A DNA stretch of 55,128 nucleotides, filler included, from Sphacelaria rigidula (taxonomy: Eukaryota): the NCBI GenBank assembly GCA_964200075.2. It is 5 parts of 5 records of this genome, joined end to end, with 100 filler letters (N's around TTAATTAATTAA, not from the genome) between each part and the next. Parts side by side here need not be neighbours in the genome. Positions count along the whole stretch, not along the records: positions 44,184 to 55,128 come from CAXNAA020005644.1; 4 more parts are not named here. The stretch is one strand, 5' to 3'. The stretch's first letter is position 1. Each line of letters begins with the position of its first letter. Of the stretch, positions 50,901 through 55,128 are shown in pieces. The notes under the pieces were generated by a model, which was not told the DNA's origin, did not search any database, and worked only from the letters and a program-made list of their open reading frames with translations. A program made the position numbers and the translations under genes.

Positions 50901-53380
50901 GAAAATACGCGAAATCTTCGCGTGCCTCCTTCGCGGGATGATCCTCCGTGCTCACCACATATTTTTTTCACAAAACTTACCCGATAGCGTGCGCGAATAT
51001 TGCAGATTGAATCCTTCCCATCCTAAACAGGGTTCTCAAACTTACCGTTTCGATCATTTACGTTTGTCAAATAATTCGGGACCAATGTGCCCGGCATCCC
51101 TCACCCGTGGGCACCCCCGCCGTTGCCCTTCGTCCCTGACCGCGAATGTCTATACCTACCTACCTTGGGTCGTACAGGCGTCACCCCGGCGCCGGCTCCT
51201 GGCACCGCTGAGCCCGCTCCAAGCACCCCGGACCCTGCCCCGGTCTCGCCCACGCCAGCTAGTGAGTTTAGTTCCTCGCGTATCCGAGTAAGGCAATCGA
51301 TTAGTAATTATGAAAAATGTTGGGGGAGACCGCTTCGACGGTACAATGCCTTCCGTGGTCCGTGAAATTCGGTCTCCAGAGCGGTTGTTAATACTGCGGT
51401 ACGGTCCAGTGCAACGCTTCCATGGTCACTCGATAACGCTTTGTTTTCGTCGACACCCTACGGCCTCCTTCTCTCGCAGTAAAACGATGGAACACGGGAT
51501 AGCACCACACTTGGTGTGCCATGAATTCCGTAAAACCCGAAAGACAACGCGCTTGTGGATCGACTGCCGTGTCTCATTTGGTCCCGGGGGTGTGTGGGGG
51601 GGTGTCTGCATGATGACTGTCTTAATTTGTGATGTCGATAAAGAAGAAAGTACGTGCGATGGCGGCTTCCCCGGCATCCAGAGCAACGATATCTGCTGCG
51701 CTCTAGCATGCGGGCAGTGCGGCGGCAGCGGGTGCTCAAGCGCCGGTGGCCTCACCGCCGAGGAGTGCTGTACCAAGGATGTCGCGGCAGCTGACGTCCC
51801 GTGTACCATCGCTGGCGCCGGCCCGTGTGTCCTCGGCGGTGAGTTGTTTTTTCATCTAACCCTAGAGCTAGCACATGCAACATGCGTGCATTCCGTGGTT
51901 TCAAACGTTTTGCCCGTCTCACGTTTTTCACACATGTCAGTTGTTCCCGGGTTATTTCCATATATTTCCTGTGGTAGGTTCAGGATCGATCCGTGTCGTG
52001 TAACGCCCAAAGAGCTGGTACTATTTTGGGGCACCGAAGCACCAAGCGAGGGAAGCATATATTTCGGGAGTAGCTGGGTATCGATGGACCTGGAAAATGA
52101 TGCGGAATGCGTATTCAATGAAGAGACGTAATCATTTTCCGGTCTACATCTGAGATAACCGCAGATGCAGAATTGCGACGTACACCTGCTAGTACTAAAT
52201 CAGTATTCATCCGGTCTCCCGCCAAGTTTGGTAGTGGCTCAATTGTTTTCAACGCAGTCTTGCTAGTATGTTTATTCCTCACGCACGTTCGGATAGAAAC
52301 GCCCCGCTCTCCAAGAGAAACTCACGCTTCACCGTGCAGCAGCAGAGGTCAAACAGTGGTCGGATATAAAAATGAAAATACCTCGTATACCGAAAAGCTG
52401 TACTTCCTGTAATCATTGAGACGTTGGTTGTGAACAGCAGTATCGTGTCGTGGCTGTTTAGTAGAAATATTACTAGTGTACTTCATGGATTATCTGAATT
52501 GTCGACGCCCAGGTAAGTGTTCGATTCTCGGACTCCTTAGAGTACCTCATCCCGAGCACCTCTGGTTCTTTGGTTCTTCTATATTCAGCCGCCACGCGTC
52601 ACGTTGCCACATAGTTTGCGAGACGTTTGGTGTTTTGGTACTCGAGTCGATGTCGTGGCTTCCGTGGACGCCGTCAATGCACAGTGGGTGGAGCGCCTCT
52701 TCCCGTGTTCAACCCTCTATCGGGGTAGCGTGTTGGCTCGCGCGTAGTTTTCAACTCAAGACCGTGCACGGTAGGTGAGAGCAAGCGCGTCTCGTACCGG
52801 ATGACATGCCACTTCGTTGCCCTCAGCAAGCAAATGCGTATTACTGTAGTTGCAAACTGCACATGAACTGAATTCCGATATGCCTCATACGGTCTACGGC
52901 ATCGGTATTCAAAGGTTATATGAGGCCTTCGATCCGAGTGTCTCGCCGAGTCTATTCGCTGTTTGGTGTCCATTCTTGCCTCCCTTCTCCCTTCTCCTGC
53001 GTATGTGATTCGGTCACACTTTGTCGGGGTTTTATTTTGACCCTTCCTGGTTCTCGCCACCTTTTCCGTCGACGCGTCGTCCCTGTTTCCTGCTCCCCTT
53101 GTCTCATGTTTGGCTATCTTTCGTTACCTTTTGATTTCATGCTTCGTTTTTCGCAGATGGAGTTGTGTTGCCCCCCCCCTCAACCGACGAGCCTGCCGCC
53201 ACCCCTGCTCCCGTCGCCGAGTCTACTGCTACCCCTGTTCCCGTCGCCGAGCCTGCCGTCACCACTGCTCCCGTCGACGGGTCAACGGGCACCCAAGCGA
53301 CCAAGCTTGGTTGCTATGCTGACAGAGATGCTATGCGCATCATGCAGGAGAACACGGATGAGGCCGAGATGACTGTCGAG
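47944..53380 (+). CDS. Secreted/cell-wall protein with two Cys-rich repeats, Pro/Thr/Ala linkers and the start of a WSC domain (partial)
   Basis: Exons 50677-50874 and 51644-51838 are paralogous 10-Cys modules (TCxGGxPGIQSxxxCCxLxCGQCGGxGCSSAGGLxxxECC..C..PC). 51178-51261 is a PT linker. 53157-53380 has PT repeats then LGCYADRDAMRIM..MTVE (WSC N-terminal half). Candidate signal-peptide exon 47944-48042 (MASTMRIAVMALATLHVVCAS..RALRG) is less certain because a bridging phase 0-to-1 exon was not found. Confidence 0.75.
48611..48865. mobile_element. MITE with TIRs related to family A
   Basis: gagcaatgctacggtaggggtgcac / gtgtacccctatcgtagcatcaccc. A similar left end occurs at 54020. Confidence 0.7.
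49971..50490 (+). mobile_element. tRNA-derived SINE-like element
   Basis: Pol III A box TGGCTCAGTTGG (49985-49996) and B-box-like GGTCCGAATC (50029-50038) at tRNA spacing, with no intact cloverleaf. The 3' boundary is approximate. Confidence 0.55.
53189..53278 (+). repeat. Three 30-bp coding repeats (EPAATPAPVA-like)
   Basis: gagcctgccgccacccctgctcccgtcgcc and two variants inside exon 53157-53380. Confidence 0.9.
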
Positions 53381-53406
53381 GTGGGTCATCGCATGGGTCA
53401 GCATAA

Positions 53407-53866
53407 GACCCACTTAAATGGCAACGAATCTCGATTTGCACAAATATGAGGATTTCAGACCGTCTACAGGCGATTTTTACCCATGGATTTATTTTTCGGA
53501 CCCCAGTCCGCCGGGCAATCGTTTTCGCCTAGCTGTGAGCGAACCAGATCACTTCTCCGATTCCCTGGACGTTGACCTTTTGTTTATCACCTTTCTGCTG
53601 AAACCGGGACACTCCTGCATCTCCCTCGATTTTTTCGAAAAAATCGTGGGAGGTACGGGAGTGTCCCGATTTCAGCGGAAAGGTGATGTATCGAAAGTCA
53701 GCGCCCAAAAAATCGGAGAACTGATCTGGTTTGCTCGCAGCTGGCCGAAAAACAATTCCCGACGGACCGGGGTCCGAAAAATCAATCCACGGGATAAAAT
53801 TAGCTGTCGACGGGCTGAAATCATCATATTTGTACGCATCGAGATTCGTTGCCATGAAAGTGGATC
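53407..53866. mobile_element. Foldback MITE, PIF/Harbinger-like, 460-bp palindrome
   Basis: Arms pair over nearly the full length (atggcaacgaatctcgat / atcgagattcgttgccat). TAA on both flanks (53404-06 and 53867-69). Confidence 0.88.
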
Positions 53867-55128
53867 TAAGTGCTGTTCGTTATCTTGCGTGTGCATCTCC
53901 CCCCCAACCCCGATCTCCCACTCTGGGACGGGTTCTCAAAATATTTATCCGGGTCTTGGTGTCGGCTTAACGTACATGTGCGGGGTACTTCCTCTTCGAG
54001 TATCTCACCTGGGAGGGTAGAGCAATGCCACAGTAGGGGTGCAATTTTTTTCGGGGACTCCTTGCTGTGGGAACCTCTTAATGACAAATATCTGCGCCTT
54101 GGTGTGCAGCCTCAGAAAACTTTACCGTGGCAATTCTCCGTACACATGGTCTTGACATGTCCAGGATAGAACGGTGTCTGGTGCATGTATGCAGACAGGT
54201 TGTGTATTGTGATATACCATGCGGTTAAATAATGATTTTCAACTTTGTTTTCCGCGCGGGGGCGCACATCAAACCGGAAGAAGGCAAAGAAAACATGGCG
54301 ACGTGTCCCCGTGCGCTCTTGTGTGTTTTGTCCCGTGCTGCCTTTAACCTCATAACAGAAGTGTGATACGATCTGCGCCGGAAACAAGTTCTTCGGTCTA
54401 CAGTACGGTATCCAGGTGAGCTTGTGTCCTCCCTTTGACACGCCCCTTCAGTCACGCACATGTGTGTATACACATGTCGAAACGATTGAAAGGAGTTTTG
54501 AGGTGAAACAGGGGGAAATGAGAATTTGGAGAATGACCATTTTACGATGCCCTTTCATGTTGCCGGTAGCATTTTTTTCGGCGACGCGTTTCATCTGTCT
54601 CGAGGTATCAACCCATTTCTCCCGCGATGATGCACGCCTGTCTTTTTGGTACAGTAGTGCGAATTAATTGGGTCAGCACCCCATCATCGCATCGACGCTC
54701 TCCGTAGAAGAATCTTTGCCGCTGAGGTCCTCGCGTATTGGACATCGGAAATCAGATAAACTCGCCGAGAAGAACTCGTTGTACTAATTGTATCTGCTGT
54801 GATCCGGGCCCCCAACAGGACTCCGTCCTACCCGACTAAATAATGTACCATTAATTTCGACTACCGGGGCCTGGATTATGTTCCTCCGAAACCCGCAACA
54901 TAGTTTTGCTAAGAAATGTACTTTGACAAACACTTTCAACTATCCCCGTTGGGGCGGTCTGGTTGTACTTTACTAAGGCGACAACACACACACACAAAAC
55001 TGCCGACATCGTCAGCAATCACGAGTTATCATTGAATTCCCCCCCTCCCCCCCCTTCCCCCTACACCGTCTCGAAAGGGATGCGTGGTCAATGGTCACAC
55101 GACTGAGGCAAGCAACAAATGAGTACGC

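Noticed and set aside
53418-54020. Mirror-image ORFs starting MATNLD on both strands (similar case at 24341-25120)
   Set aside because: They are by-products of palindromic MITE sequence.

Overview
Eukaryotic, intron-rich and repeat-rich DNA, most consistent with a brown alga (Phaeophyceae, Ectocarpus-like; this is inferred from gene content). The window is not one locus. It is five contigs of 10,945-10,946 bp (1-10946, 11047-21992, 22093-33038, 33139-44083, 44184-55128) joined by artificial N44-TTAATTAATTAA-N44 linkers. Contig 1 holds a decayed Ty3/Gypsy LTR retrotransposon with an unusual architecture. Its Gag has a PAM2-like N-terminus, Q/P repeats and a CCCH-like finger. Its Pol runs protease, dUTPase-like, RT (WLDD), RNase H, a full-length but apparently catalytically dead C5-cytosine DNA-methyltransferase-like domain, integrase, chromo-like and Tudor-like. 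The embedded methyltransferase-like domain is the most interesting item. The other contigs carry the first four exons of RtcB, the first two exons of a stand-alone glutamate synthase small subunit with a mitochondrial-type presequence, a long HSF-domain transcription factor, and a secreted Cys-rich-repeat/WSC protein. There is also a LINE RT fragment, a tRNA-derived SINE-like element and many MITE/foldback elements. All domain calls were made by eye from motifs and have not been confirmed by profile searches.
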